The position numbers were made by a program, and so were the translations under genes. The notes under the pieces were generated by a model. The model made no database searches. It saw nothing but the letters and a program-made list of their open reading frames with translations, and was not told the DNA's origin. This document shows positions 10,079-19,802 of a stretch of 64,000 nt of DNA, piece after piece (the stretch's first letter is position 1; each line of letters opens with the position of its first letter). This stretch comes from a bacterium (GTDB taxonomy: Bacteria; Electryoneota; RPQS01), in NCBI GenBank assembly GCA_023382385.1, contig JAHDVH010000002.1, forward strand, positions 4,957 to 68,956. The letters are read 5' to 3'.

Positions 10079-10827
10079 TGGGTTTTCTTGTATGCTGTTG
10101 ATGTACTCTCGGCAATTGGTGGGGTGTCAGGTGCATCAAAATCTCGACTCATGTCTTGCCACACCGCCAGCGCCTCTTCCCATGGGAAATAGCGCTCTCC
10201 AAAGTGCTCAAAGACCCGTCGGATGCGATCGAGATCCTGCAATGCCGCTACCTGCCACGAAATGGACGAATGATTCGCAGCGGCTTGAAGCGTTTCCACT
10301 TTGATGACATCCGTCCTCCGTAAGAGGTAGGTTTCAAGATGGTGTCGCGAACCTGGATGGGAATCCTCAATCCAGATCTTGCGCAGTGTTTCGATGCGAA
10401 TCGCATCAACCTCGAGTCCGAGCGGAAATGTCGGAAAGGGAAGCCTGTTTGTTGCCCAATCCGCATCTGGGGAAGTCAGGAGCTTATCAACAACCCGATC
10501 AATCAGCTCGCCGTCTATGAGCGGACAGCTTGCGCGCAAGGGCACTACTACGTCGGCGCAGTAGGCAATCGCCGTTCGATAAACACGGTCGACCAAATCG
10601 AGCTCTGACCCTCGGAAGCAAAAGTGCCCGTTGGACACACAAAGGGTCTCGATCGCGTCATCCTCGCGTGAGTCGGGCAAAGCAACAACAAGGTCATGCA
10701 GGTATCGTGAGCGTGCGGCACGGGTAAGAACTTGCATGAGCATTGGTTTGCCGGAGAGCTCTCGCAAGACCTTGCCCGGAAGCCGCTCAGACCCCCTACG
10801 AGCTACCACAATTCCTAAGATTTTCAT
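10075..10827 (-). CDS. spsF: SpsF-like cytidylyltransferase family protein
   Basis: IVVARRGSERLPGKVL, FRGSELDLVDR, CPLID and FPLGLEV. 4-nt overlap with the epimerase gene. Confidence 0.8.
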   Translation of the reverse strand: MKILGIVVARRGSERLPGKVLRELSGKPMLMQVLTRAARSRYLHDLVVALPDSREDDAIETLCVSNGHFCFRGSELDLVDRVYRTAIAYCADVVVPLRASCPLIDGELIDRVVDKLLTSPDADWATNRLPFPTFPLGLEVDAIRIETLRKIWIEDSHPGSRHHLETYLLRRTDVIKVETLQAAANHSSISWQVAALQDLDRIRRVFEHFGERYFPWEEALAVWQDMSRDFDAPDTPPIAESTSTAYKKTQ

Positions 10828-10870
10828 GATTTATCGCCTGATATTCATCAGAGTAGTCAACCGAGACTAA

Positions 10871-12286
10871 GTGGACGTGTCAAAACAGGCTTCAACACCG
10901 GATAACAAAGAGCAAGAATCACTCCAGCACTCCTCGAAGTTTGACCACGAGGGTGGCGGCCACTTGACCGGGAGGTTGGCAGGTGACGTTACGGCTCTTG
11001 CTAGCGATGGACGTGGAGTTGTCAAAACCAAGGAGCAGGTATTCTTCGCAAGAAGTGTGGTGCCTGGTGATAGGGTGGCCTTCAAGCCCGACCTTTCCTC
11101 CAAGCCGGCTTCAGCACTGGATGTAAAGGTCCTTAGACGGTCCGAGTACCGTGCCGTCCATCCTTGCCGACACGCAAAAGAGTGCCAAGCATCCGTCTGG
11201 GGAATTGTCAGCTACGAACGGCAATTAATAGAAAAACAAGATCTTGTGCGAAGAGTCATGCGAGGTGCCGTTGACCCTGCGGTCATACGAGAGATCGTGC
11301 CAAGTCCACTCCAGTGGGCTTATCGAAATCGAGTCGGCCTGCAGGTTTCAGCCAAGCCTCGCGGTGGATTCGATCTGGGCTACGCTTCCGGCGCGAGAGA
11401 CTCTGCGATAGTCGGAATCTCATCCTGTCTCCTCGCGAGCGACACTATTTCGGAAGCGATAAAAAGAGTTGCAGAGTGTCTTGCCAGTGACAGAGCACTA
11501 TCTCGCGATGCGCTTCCCCATCGGCTTTCGCTCTTCGAAACTGCCGCTGGTGCGGGCGGATTGGCGGTCTACAAGGGAAGACCCAAGGAGACAGATGTTC
11601 AGCTTTTCCTTGAGTTTGCACTTAGCTTTGAGTTAGCAGGGGGAATCTGGGCTGCAAATGGTAGTCAGGCGGGTTTGGTGGGAGAGCGAGGCATGTTTTG
11701 GAGAACAAAGGAGAGCCGATCCATGCTCGTTGAGTGGCTCGGCCACAAATTCGACGTCCATCCGGCAAGCTTCGCACAGGTTAATAACGGCTCAGCACAG
11801 TTCATCTTACAGCATTTGTTTGGCCATCGGCACGAGTTCCATTCATCACAAGTGTGGGACCTATATGGCGGCTACGGTGCTCTTGGATTTGCTTTGGCAT
11901 TGGAGGGGGCAAAGTTGTGCGTCGTCGAGCAGAATTCGTGGTCAGAGAGCACCTTCAAGAAACTTCAAGAACTGAATCCTCTCGTCGAGGCTAAATTTAT
12001 CAAGGGAGACGTCGCGCGGCTACTCTCCAAGTCCCAAGTCAAATTGGGGAAAGATGACCTCGTGATTTTAGACCCGCCTCGCTCCGGTTGCCATCCGGAA
12101 GTCCTCGAGGCAATTGTGAAGGCAAGGACCGATCGCATCCTCTACCTCTCGTGCAATCCGGCGCGGTTTGCTCGAGACCTGAAGATTCTGGCCGCTTCGG
12201 CGTATCAAGCCAAAGAGATTTTGCCAGTGGACTTCTTTCCGCAAACCCCTGAAATAGAGGTGCTTGCTTTAATCGAAAAGTGCTGA
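10871..12286 (+). CDS. rlmD: RlmD/RumA-family RNA m5U methyltransferase
   Basis: TRAM-like N-terminus (GRGV..VVPGD), YRNR, SFAQVN, DLYGGYG, LDPPRSG, catalytic YLSCNP and VDFFPQT. Confidence 0.85.
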   Translation: MDVSKQASTPDNKEQESLQHSSKFDHEGGGHLTGRLAGDVTALASDGRGVVKTKEQVFFARSVVPGDRVAFKPDLSSKPASALDVKVLRRSEYRAVHPCRHAKECQASVWGIVSYERQLIEKQDLVRRVMRGAVDPAVIREIVPSPLQWAYRNRVGLQVSAKPRGGFDLGYASGARDSAIVGISSCLLASDTISEAIKRVAECLASDRALSRDALPHRLSLFETAAGAGGLAVYKGRPKETDVQLFLEFALSFELAGGIWAANGSQAGLVGERGMFWRTKESRSMLVEWLGHKFDVHPASFAQVNNGSAQFILQHLFGHRHEFHSSQVWDLYGGYGALGFALALEGAKLCVVEQNSWSESTFKKLQELNPLVEAKFIKGDVARLLSKSQVKLGKDDLVILDPPRSGCHPEVLEAIVKARTDRILYLSCNPARFARDLKILAASAYQAKEILPVDFFPQTPEIEVLALIEKC

Positions 12287-12359
12287 GGTATTGAATTATT
12301 GCCCAAAACCAACTATAATGGACATGATGCAGTCAGGATTCAATATGAGGGAGAGAAGC

Positions 12360-12902
12360 ATGAACAAGCGATTAGTTACACTCATGGTGATGGCAGTGGC
12401 AATGGCAAACGCAGCCTGGGCGGGTACGAACATTGGATTAAGGGGCATTGGCGGGAGAGCAGGATTCGTCTTCCCGGATGGAGGTGACGGCACGATAACC
12501 TTGGGTGCCGTTGCGGACATGGGAACGTGGACCGATAACCTTCCTTGGGAATTCGCTTTGACATGGTGGAACAGCGGTGAAAAGCGCAGGTACTTTGGCG
12601 ACAAGTACGACTTTAGCATCACGGACATCGCGCTGCGCAGCACGATTGCGTATCAGTTTGAACTTGACAAAGGGCTTTACCTCTACCCGGGAGCCGGACT
12701 TGGCGTGCACTTCATCAGTCTGAATCATGACTATCCCGGCGGCTATGACGACTCAGACACGGAGCTAAGCCTCATCATTCTCGGTGGCCTGCAGTTTCCC
12801 ATTTCTGGAAAATGGCACGGACAAACAGAGCTTCAATTTGATTTGGGTGATGCAGAGCAGACCAATCTGCAGATCGACTTCATCTACTCACTGGGCAAAT
12901 AG
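12360..12902 (+). CDS. Small outer-membrane beta-barrel protein
   Basis: Signal peptide ending AWA. Alternating amphipathic strands (YPGAGLGVHF, LGGLQF, IDFIYSL). Confidence 0.75.
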   Translation: MNKRLVTLMVMAVAMANAAWAGTNIGLRGIGGRAGFVFPDGGDGTITLGAVADMGTWTDNLPWEFALTWWNSGEKRRYFGDKYDFSITDIALRSTIAYQFELDKGLYLYPGAGLGVHFISLNHDYPGGYDDSDTELSLIILGGLQFPISGKWHGQTELQFDLGDAEQTNLQIDFIYSLGK

Positions 12903-12928
12903 GACTCAAATGACGTGCAGGAGGAGCT

Positions 12929-14620
12929 TTGCGCTCACTATCGGATAAGATTGCGCACGCACGGACTTTGGGGGAGAGAGCTCAGGCTCTCTCCCCCATT
13001 CCGTTTCAAAACGTGGGACAACTGCTTGTCTCGCAGGTAGCGGTCCGTCCTGAGCAGCCTTACTTAATCTTCTATTCGGAAACCGGTGAGCGGAACGAAT
13101 GGAGCTATCGGGAATTTGCTGGACGAGTATGGCAAACGGTTCGATTACTGCAAAGTTTTGGAATTACACGCGGCGACCGGATTGCAACGGTTTCGCACAA
13201 TCATGCAGACACGGTCGTCCAGTATTTTGCAGCCTGGGCAATGGGCGTTGTGGCCGTACCGATCAACCTTGGGGAAACGGATGATCGCATCGCGTTCATC
13301 CTTGGCAATTCCGAAACGAAACTTGCCTTTGTGCGCGAATCCTATCTTGAGCGAATTGCTCACCTCAAGGAGAAGTTACCACAATTCCAAACGATTGTGC
13401 AGACTGGCGGCGCCGCTCAACCAGCGTATCCGCATTACTCAATAGAGAGTGTGAAATACTCTGCCGATGCGCTGGAGTTCCCCGATGTTGGCCTCGAAGA
13501 TGAGGTATTAATTGTCTACACATCAGGGACGACAGGAAATCCTAAGGGTGTCGTGTTGGTTCAGCAGAATTTGTTGACGGACGCCCAAGGGATCAGTGAC
13601 TGGCACGGACTGACTGCGCCCCAGAGAATGATGTGCATACTTCCCATTCATCACGTCAACGGCACAGTCGTCACGCTGATTACTCCCATGTATTACGGTG
13701 GCACGACTGTACTTAACCAGAAGTTCTCTACCCATCACTTTTTCGAACGGCTTGCCCGAGAGGACGTTCAAGTCGTCAGTGTTGTCCCGACAATCCTGCA
13801 GTTTCTCTTGCACGAACCGGCACTTGAGGGAAAGCAACCTTTTCTGCCTGATTTCCGTCATATTATATGCGGGGCGGGGCCCCTTACGGTCGAACTTGCA
13901 AGTGCCTTTGAAGACCGCTTCGGCCTCAGGATTGTACATGGTTACGGACTGTCTGAGACGACTTGTTACTCTTGTTTTCTTCCCATTGATTTGTCAGACG
14001 ATGAGCACAAGAAGTGGATGCGAGGTTTTGGCTTTCCGTCAATCGGTGTGCCGATTCCACAGAACGAAATGGAAATCCATGACGAACAAGGTCGCCCGTT
14101 ACCCCAGGACCACAAGGGAGAAATTGTGATTCGCGGGGTAAACGTGATGAAGCACTATTTCGCGAACCCGGAAGCAAATGAGAAGACTTTTGAATTTGGC
14201 TGGTTTCGTTCCGGGGACGAGGGGTTTTATAAGCTCGATGAACGAGGTCGAAAGTTTTTCTTCATCACCGGCCGGCTAAAGGAACTCATCATCCGCGGTG
14301 GTGTGAACATTTCACCTTTTGAGATTGACGAGATCCTCGCACAGATTCCCGGCGTTGAGAAGGCTATGGCCGTTGGCTTCGAGAATGACTGGTATGGCGA
14401 AGAGGTTGGAGCGTACGTATGCCTGCGTGCAGGAGCATCCGTCAGCGAGAGTGACATTCTCAAATTCTGTGCGGAGCGGCTTCAATCCGCAAAATGTCCA
14501 AAAGTAGTTGTTTTTGGCAAGGAATTCCCCGTAACATCAACGGGCAAATACCAGCGGAACAAGTGCAAACATCTATTTAGTGAGTACAAGTCAGTTCAGT
14601 TTCCAAGGAAAGACAAATAG
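12929..14620 (+). CDS. Class I adenylate-forming acyl-CoA ligase
   Basis: YTSGTTGNPKG, GYGLSET, GWFRSGD, GRLKELIIRGG and TSTGK. TTG start with AGGAGG upstream. Confidence 0.93.
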   Translation: MRSLSDKIAHARTLGERAQALSPIPFQNVGQLLVSQVAVRPEQPYLIFYSETGERNEWSYREFAGRVWQTVRLLQSFGITRGDRIATVSHNHADTVVQYFAAWAMGVVAVPINLGETDDRIAFILGNSETKLAFVRESYLERIAHLKEKLPQFQTIVQTGGAAQPAYPHYSIESVKYSADALEFPDVGLEDEVLIVYTSGTTGNPKGVVLVQQNLLTDAQGISDWHGLTAPQRMMCILPIHHVNGTVVTLITPMYYGGTTVLNQKFSTHHFFERLAREDVQVVSVVPTILQFLLHEPALEGKQPFLPDFRHIICGAGPLTVELASAFEDRFGLRIVHGYGLSETTCYSCFLPIDLSDDEHKKWMRGFGFPSIGVPIPQNEMEIHDEQGRPLPQDHKGEIVIRGVNVMKHYFANPEANEKTFEFGWFRSGDEGFYKLDERGRKFFFITGRLKELIIRGGVNISPFEIDEILAQIPGVEKAMAVGFENDWYGEEVGAYVCLRAGASVSESDILKFCAERLQSAKCPKVVVFGKEFPVTSTGKYQRNKCKHLFSEYKSVQFPRKDK

Positions 14621-14633
14621 ATTGAGGCTCTCA

Positions 14634-16547
14634 ATGAAGAAACTACTTGCTTCCATTCTGCTCGCAAGCTGTGCAATCGTATATGCTGATACACCACCTC
14701 CGACGATGTTGACGCAAGGGAAATACATTCCCGACATTGGAACGTTCCTGCAGATAGGTAATTGGAGTGCTGCGGGAAACAGCTGGGACGGGAAAGACGT
14801 TTATGTGACATCTTCCGCGTCCGGCGAATCCCAGGTGTACCGAATCTTGGAGAGTGGCTGGCCCTACCAGCTGACCACCTTTGAAGATGGGATAGACGGA
14901 TTTACTCTTGCGCATAGCGGGCATGCTGCGATCGTGCAAGCTTCTGTCGGAGGCGACGAGAATTCACAGCTCTATTTAATGGACACAAAGACCGGACAAA
15001 TCCTTAAGCTCACCGATCGCCCAAAAGTGCAGTACGGGTCAGTCGTTTGGGCAAAAGACGACTCGAAGATCTATTACCGCTCCAATGAAGAGAACGGCAC
15101 GGACTTCTTTATTTATGAGATGAGTATTTTATCAGGTGAGAGTAAGAAGATCTTCAGCGGTGTGAAAGGGTCTAACACAATTGCCGAACTCTCGATGGAT
15201 GGCAATCACATGATCATTTCCACTTGGACTTCGAATGTCAACAACGACCTGCATCACCTTGATCTAACCTCCGGCAAGTGGAAGACCATCACAAAGGACA
15301 AAGGTGATGTCAACTACGTCTCAGTGACCCTAATGCCGGACAACCAGACTCTTTGGCTCGTGTGCAACGATAACAAGGACGGTATATTCCGGATTGCGAA
15401 TATGAAATTGAATTCGCCGAAAGTGACATGGGTAAACGATGGATGGCTGGATTCGAGGTGGGAATGCGAAGGACTTGGCTTTTCTCGCGACTTCAAGTAT
15501 ATGGCGGCTTCCACGAACGAAGACGGGTGGGGACGCGCGAAAGTTCGCGAGGTGCAAAGTGGAAGAGCTGTTCCATTGCCGGAGTTGGATGGGCAGATGA
15601 GCATCGCCGGATTCACGCGCGACGGAGAAATGATTCTCACTTTCTCGAGTCCGACCAAAGCACCGGACGTATATCGCTGGAATCCGACCACGCAGAAACT
15701 TACCCAATTGACGCACTCGATTTACGCAGGCATTGATCCGGCAATCTTCCGCGATCCGCAGTTAGTGCGGTTCCCAAGTTTTGATGGACTCGAGATTTCC
15801 GGATATCTCTACTTACCACCCGACTACGTAAATGGCCGGCCGGTGCCCTTCATTGTGGAAGCACATGGTGGCCCGGAATCGCAGTTTCGTCCTTTCTTCA
15901 TTCGCAACATTCAGTATATGATGCTGAATGGATACGGCGTGTTTTGTTTGAATCCCCGCGGCTCCTCGGGATACGGACGAGAGTTCATGGCTTTGGACAA
16001 CTATAAGCTCCGCAAGAACTCTCTTAAGGACTACAAAGCCGCGACCGATTGGTTGATTGCAAACGGGTACACAGCGCCGGGCATGATTGGCATTCGCGGC
16101 GGCAGCTACGGTGGCTACGTTGCGATGGGAATGATCACAGAGTACCCCGATCTCTATAATGCAGCCGTGAACATTGTAGGAATTGTGAACTTCAAGACAT
16201 TCCTTGAAAAGACGGCAGACTATCGAAGGGCATTGCGAGAATCGGAATACGGTCCCCTATCCGATCCCAAGTTCCTCGAAGAAGTATCTCCAATCCACAA
16301 GGCACACTTGATTAAGACGCCACTGCTGGTGATTCACGGCGAAAATGATCCCCGCGTACCAGTCTTTGAAGCGCGACAAATCATTGCAGAGCTGCAAAGT
16401 ATCGGGACCCCGGTTGATTCTCTGATCTTTCCAGATGAAGGCCATGGCGCAAGCAAACGTGAAAACGTGATAGCAGAATACCGCAAGCAGGTTGAATTCT
16501 TTGACACCCACTTGAAAGGACTTCGCAGGCCCGAAGTCAAAGAGTAG
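14634..16547 (+). CDS. Secreted S9 family peptidase (beta-propeller plus alpha/beta hydrolase)
   Basis: Signal peptide MKKLLASILL. HGGPESQ, GGSYGG, HGENDPRV and DEGHG catalytic motifs. Confidence 0.93.
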   Translation: MKKLLASILLASCAIVYADTPPPTMLTQGKYIPDIGTFLQIGNWSAAGNSWDGKDVYVTSSASGESQVYRILESGWPYQLTTFEDGIDGFTLAHSGHAAIVQASVGGDENSQLYLMDTKTGQILKLTDRPKVQYGSVVWAKDDSKIYYRSNEENGTDFFIYEMSILSGESKKIFSGVKGSNTIAELSMDGNHMIISTWTSNVNNDLHHLDLTSGKWKTITKDKGDVNYVSVTLMPDNQTLWLVCNDNKDGIFRIANMKLNSPKVTWVNDGWLDSRWECEGLGFSRDFKYMAASTNEDGWGRAKVREVQSGRAVPLPELDGQMSIAGFTRDGEMILTFSSPTKAPDVYRWNPTTQKLTQLTHSIYAGIDPAIFRDPQLVRFPSFDGLEISGYLYLPPDYVNGRPVPFIVEAHGGPESQFRPFFIRNIQYMMLNGYGVFCLNPRGSSGYGREFMALDNYKLRKNSLKDYKAATDWLIANGYTAPGMIGIRGGSYGGYVAMGMITEYPDLYNAAVNIVGIVNFKTFLEKTADYRRALRESEYGPLSDPKFLEEVSPIHKAHLIKTPLLVIHGENDPRVPVFEARQIIAELQSIGTPVDSLIFPDEGHGASKRENVIAEYRKQVEFFDTHLKGLRRPEVKE

Positions 16548-16592
16548 CTTGCGTCGACGTTGTGGCTGCCTTTGCAATCGCTGACATTGAAA

Positions 16593-16620
16593 GAAGCCCG
16601 GCCAAATTGAGCCGGGCTTC
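16593..16620. terminator. Probable bidirectional terminator
   Basis: Inverted repeat gaagcccggc/gccgggcttc between convergent genes. Confidence 0.7.
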
Positions 16621-16622
16621 GA

Positions 16623-17744
16623 TTAATGCGAAATCTGCATGTGCCACCACTTAAGGATATCCGGCAAACGTCTTCGCCACGACAGCTCGTTGTGTTCACC
16701 TTCTGGATCAATTGCGCAACGGACAGTAACACCGTTTTGGACTAGCAGGCGTTCAAATTCGCGCACTGCCTCAATCATTTGGTTGGACAGTTCCTTATTG
16801 CCGCCAAACTCAAGCGCACCATAGTCGATCGAAAACTTCACATCGGAATGGAAATTCTGCGCTAATCTAAGAATCCGTCCTCCCGCCACGCTCATTGTAG
16901 GACTCAAGGATAAAGCGCAACCAAACACGTCCGGTCGAGTCAACCCGGCGTACAGAGAGATCAACCCTCCGAGCGACGAACCGCAAACCGCAGTGAACTC
17001 GCGCTCCGGCTTTGTTCGGTATTGTCGATCGATCATCTGCTTGACAGTTTGCAGAATGAAGCGAATGTAACGCTCACCCTGACCACGTGAGCGTCGAAAG
17101 TCGTCCGGCCAGGGTGAATACTCGTGGAGTCGACCAACGCCGACATTGGGAATTCCCACAACGATGTGTCGCAATCCGTCTCGCTCTGCGAGTTCTGTCG
17201 AAATCTCATCCACTCCCCACTCGCGATCAAACGCAGTTACGTCATCGAACAGATTCTGTCCGTCATGCATATAGAGAACAGGGTAACGCACATCGGTCTC
17301 TCTATCGTACCCTGGGGGGAGCCAAACCAGAACATCACGGATATTGCCAAGTTGCGGCGCAAAGACGTCCTTAATCACACGCAACTCACCCACCACAGTA
17401 TGCTTTGGGCGCCAACTTGCCGCACCTGGGTGCAAGTCACACCATCCTCCGACTTCGATCTTCAAGTCGCCATTTGTAGACTCCAAGGTCACAACACGAT
17501 TGTCAACGGACTTCCCGTCAGCTGAACACTCAACGGTGTCCCAAGTCCCGCGAGTGACTTTGAATTCCACCCTGACAAGTTCAGACGGCAACTCAAATAC
17601 GTAACATCCATCATCCCTCCGTCTCAGCCGCGAGGAAGGGTGTTCGGCGCTCCAGCCATTAAAGTCTCCTGCAAGGTAAATGGATGAATCCGCAGGTGTG
17701 CCCGGCGGAACGCACACGACTAACGTTCGGCTGCCTTGACTCAT
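16623..17744 (-). CDS. Esterase (alpha/beta hydrolase) with N-terminal CBM20/48-like carbohydrate-binding domain
   Basis: IYLAGDFNGW...EFKVTRGTWDTVE (CBM-like). YPVLYMHDGQNLFD, GSSLGG and GEHNE. The ATG at 17744 overlaps the upstream stop. Confidence 0.85.
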   Translation of the reverse strand: MSQGSRTLVVCVPPGTPADSSIYLAGDFNGWSAEHPSSRLRRRDDGCYVFELPSELVRVEFKVTRGTWDTVECSADGKSVDNRVVTLESTNGDLKIEVGGWCDLHPGAASWRPKHTVVGELRVIKDVFAPQLGNIRDVLVWLPPGYDRETDVRYPVLYMHDGQNLFDDVTAFDREWGVDEISTELAERDGLRHIVVGIPNVGVGRLHEYSPWPDDFRRSRGQGERYIRFILQTVKQMIDRQYRTKPEREFTAVCGSSLGGLISLYAGLTRPDVFGCALSLSPTMSVAGGRILRLAQNFHSDVKFSIDYGALEFGGNKELSNQMIEAVREFERLLVQNGVTVRCAIDPEGEHNELSWRRRLPDILKWWHMQISH

Positions 17745-19015
17745 ACTTTTTGAGCGAGACGGTCTTGCTCGGTCTGGGCCCAATAACCAATTAGGCCGCG
17801 ATAATGTGCAATGAACTGCTCCTGCTCATGCTGCGGAAACGAGCGGCGGCAACGTTCCACAAGAATCTCATCCCACTCCGGACTCGTGAAGAATTCAAGA
17901 GCGAGTTCGTCCAGATGCGGCAAATGCGCAGCGCAAAAGACGTCAAATCTTTCGGCCTCAAAATAGCGAAGAGCCAGCTCATGATAGAGTTCAAGCTTTT
18001 CTTCAAACGGTATGTCGCGATCGGCGATAGCAAAATAGTCACGCGATTGCAGGTCTACTCTGGTCTTGCGATTGGTGACAGCACAATAGAGTGACCATCG
18101 CACCAGTGCCTTGATTGCCCATGGGAAATAGTAATGCAGAGACACAAGAGATGTGTCAGGAACAGCGTTGGCAAAGTCAATCGGGTAAATCGCATTGTCA
18201 CGCAGCAGCGACTCACAGGAATTATATTCCCAGCCGAAAAAGGCGTTGATGATCCGAGTAAGTTTTACGAGATAGTCGCCTTGCTTCGCACTCAAGAAAT
18301 CGTGCTCGATTCGATATCGATTGTGCAGCGGTTGATCCGGGTCGTAACGCATCGGTAACACCTGCGGCCCACAACCAAGACAGCGGCAGAAGATTTCGTA
18401 ATCGGTGATTCCCTTTTGAATATGCATGGTCTGCATACCGGACTCATCATATGCTCGGTGCAGTTCTGCTCTGTTCCTGATGTGCGAAACTCCGCGCCAG
18501 CCTCCGCCGTCGTAAGGTTTCATGAAAACCGGATAGCCGCCAATATTCTCGACAACTTCGTCCAGACTGAACAGATTATGGTAGTATTCCATCGTCACAC
18601 GCGCGCGCTCATCAGTTGGATCCCAGTCCTTCTGCGGGATCAGCCACGTCTCAGGGATGTCGAATCCCAGTCTGATCATCACGCAATATGCGGAATTCTT
18701 TTCCATGGACTGAAACGTGAACGGATTATTAATCGTGTGCGCATCGTTGACAAGAATTGACTTCTTGAGCCATTCACGAACCGTCATATGCCAGTACCCG
18801 AGTCGATCAATGATGACATGCCGAGTGACCGGCTGACGGAGGTTGAACGGTTCAATCATGAGTCGCTCGACCTCAAAGTCAAAGCGACGGCCCTGATAGT
18901 CAAGGTGCGAGCCGAGTTTGTTTATCAATGCTTCATAAGATAGCGGCCATGCGTACTCATTACCGAGCAGTAAGCCGATGCGCCGCAGCGTGTGTGGGAG
19001 CTGATCGTGTTGCAT
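17741..19015 (-). CDS. RimK-like ATP-grasp ligase
   Basis: IIDR, INNPF, GYPVFMKPYDGGGWRGV, IQKGI, NSCE and PIDFANAVPD. Confidence 0.85.
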   Translation of the reverse strand: MQHDQLPHTLRRIGLLLGNEYAWPLSYEALINKLGSHLDYQGRRFDFEVERLMIEPFNLRQPVTRHVIIDRLGYWHMTVREWLKKSILVNDAHTINNPFTFQSMEKNSAYCVMIRLGFDIPETWLIPQKDWDPTDERARVTMEYYHNLFSLDEVVENIGGYPVFMKPYDGGGWRGVSHIRNRAELHRAYDESGMQTMHIQKGITDYEIFCRCLGCGPQVLPMRYDPDQPLHNRYRIEHDFLSAKQGDYLVKLTRIINAFFGWEYNSCESLLRDNAIYPIDFANAVPDTSLVSLHYYFPWAIKALVRWSLYCAVTNRKTRVDLQSRDYFAIADRDIPFEEKLELYHELALRYFEAERFDVFCAAHLPHLDELALEFFTSPEWDEILVERCRRSFPQHEQEQFIAHYRGLIGYWAQTEQDRLAQKV

Positions 19016-19028
19016 AGTGTGGAAGTGC

Positions 19029-19766
19029 TTAATCGAGCTGTGGAATGTAAACAGAAATCATGCGGCGCCACGACGGCCAGTCGTGCGGCGTGTCGTTGCC
19101 CCAAAGATCTAAGTGGTGATTGATACCCTTTTCGGACATGATCGCAGACATACGTTTTGTTTGATCGATACAATTGCCTTCCCAGGCACCCTGCCCCACG
19201 ACGAGCGCAATATTGATGCGTCGTATTGCCTCAAGAGTGTCGCCATCTGTCAGATTTGGTAGATAGTCCATCGGATTCTGGAAGTAGAAGCTGTCGTCGT
19301 AGTAGCCTTCAAGCCGCTCGCGAATATCGTAGTTTCCGGACAGACAGAGCACATGACTGAAGTTCCACGGATACTTGAGAGCGAAGTTCAACGTATGATA
19401 GGCACCAAAGCTGGAACCGGTGGCCGCAATTCGAATGTCCAGTGACTTGCAATGATGGTGAATGAAGGGGAAAACCTCGTGAGTGATGTACTGCTCGTAA
19501 TACTCGTGCGCACGTACGCGTAGGTGTGGCGGGAGGCCCTTGTTAAACCAGCTCTCGGAGTCTATACCATCAACACAGAATACTTTTACGCCGCCGCCTT
19601 CGATACTGCCGCGGACAGTTTCAATCATGTGATTCGCTTCGTAGTCAAAGAAGCGGCCCTGCGCCGAAGGAAAAACAAGCAGGGGCCGCCCATAATGACC
19701 GAAGACGAGGAGTTCCATGTCGCGGCCAAGAGCCGGACTATACCATTTGTGATGTTCGCGTTGCAT
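19029..19766 (-). CDS. Esterase family protein (alpha/beta hydrolase)
   Basis: WYSPALGRDM, FGHYG, GSSFGAYH, LSGNYD and HDWPSW. Confidence 0.88.
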   Translation of the reverse strand: MQREHHKWYSPALGRDMELLVFGHYGRPLLVFPSAQGRFFDYEANHMIETVRGSIEGGGVKVFCVDGIDSESWFNKGLPPHLRVRAHEYYEQYITHEVFPFIHHHCKSLDIRIAATGSSFGAYHTLNFALKYPWNFSHVLCLSGNYDIRERLEGYYDDSFYFQNPMDYLPNLTDGDTLEAIRRINIALVVGQGAWEGNCIDQTKRMSAIMSEKGINHHLDLWGNDTPHDWPSWRRMISVYIPQLD

Positions 19767-19802
19767 TTGTAGTTAGGATGTGTTGTATGTCGAATGTGGG
19801 TA

